DNA from: Dendrobates tinctorius | Lineage: Eukaryota | Assembly (NCBI RefSeq): GCF_039654945.1 | Contig: NW_027361696.1 | Span: 50,034,001 to 50,098,000 of the forward strand | DNA length: 64,000 nucleotides | Reading direction: 5' to 3' | Shown: positions 63,281 through 64,000 of the stretch, piece by piece | Position numbering within the stretch: position 1 is the stretch's first letter | How the letters are laid out: each line of letters begins with the position of its first letter | Notes under the pieces: model-generated | The model's database searches: none | The model's input: the letters and a program-made list of their open reading frames with translations, nothing else | Told to the model about the DNA's origin: nothing | Made by a program: the position numbers and the translations under genes

Positions 63281-64000
63281 TGTTATGATGAGTCACCGAA
63301 GGAGGAAAAAACAAAATACCAGCTAAGTCCAGAAAAACCAGAGAGGTTGGCAGCTATCGGATTGCAGACCCCTGAACCTATCCACAACAACTAGCAGTAG
63401 CCGTGGGGGGTTCCTACGGTGCCCTAGACCCCTCGATCACAGCCGGAGAGCTACATAGCCTAAAGACAGAAAGGGGAAAAACTAAACTGCCCCAGAGCAG
63501 ACCCCAAAGCAATAGGCAGCCCCCAACATGTAATGACGGTGAAGCAAGATGAAAACACTAACACAGATAGAAAGATAGGTTGAGCAAATGATGGGGCCCA
63601 AGCTAACTACATAGGACAGGATAGGAAAGCTGCTGTCTGCCATCCGCAAAAACCCTATCAAAATGAGCCAACCGACTGATAGGAAAAACAGGCCCTGAAG
63701 TCGCTAGGCTTCAAAAGACTATATCAGCACTCAGGTATATTCTGAAGACAGAGCTAAAGATCAACAGATCAGAGACAAAAATGGAAAACAGCTCACCCCC
63801 GGCCGGGGATGGCAGAACTCCCAAAAAAACAAGGCAAAACAAAAACAAAACTGAAGAGTACAAAGCAGAGCAGAAAAACTTAGCTTTGAGATGCAGGAAT
63901 CAGACTGGTCTCCAAGAATCCAGCAGGAAAATCACCAGCCAGGAAGAAGGGCGTCGGCAGCCTTATATCCAGTCCTCAATTCCAGCCACCCAGTTATCAT
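63281..64000 (-). mobile_element. LTR (same family as 42625..43420), runs off the window
   Basis: Begins TGTTATGA; reverse-complement homology to 42720-43420. Confidence 0.85.

Overview
Eukaryotic, vertebrate genomic DNA. The repeat families suggest an anuran (frog); that is an inference. The window holds the IRGQ-ZNF576 locus. (1) A two-coding-exon IRGQ orthologue on the minus strand (join 13943..13297, 11970..10857; 586 aa) keeps the LIR1-type motif (YEVI). (2) A divergent, head-to-head IRGQ-like paralogue on the plus strand (join 17239..17882, 18880..19924; 562 aa) has the same phase-2 intron. The two appear to share a compact bidirectional promoter near 16.2-16.8 kb that contains IRF/ISRE-type motifs. 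(3) A ZNF576-like C2H2 gene (10 fingers, ending HARGEL) lies at 49.9-50.8 kb. It is preceded by an unexplained Cys-rich (4 x CxxC) exon-like ORF and a 2-kb, 39-bp tandem array that is open for 664 codons. A motif-rich housekeeping-type promoter sits at 26.2-26.5 kb. The rest is dense, often nested transposon material: L2 and CR1 LINEs (one L2 with a 2A-like peptide, one with a probable twin-priming inversion), two dead Tc1 elements, piggyBac-like, hAT, Harbinger and Chapaev3 derivatives, solo LTRs, and satellites with large palindromes. The most interesting system is the divergently transcribed pair of tandem-G-domain IRGQ genes, which have lost different GTPase and LIR motifs. All homology calls come from motif recognition by eye; no searches were run.
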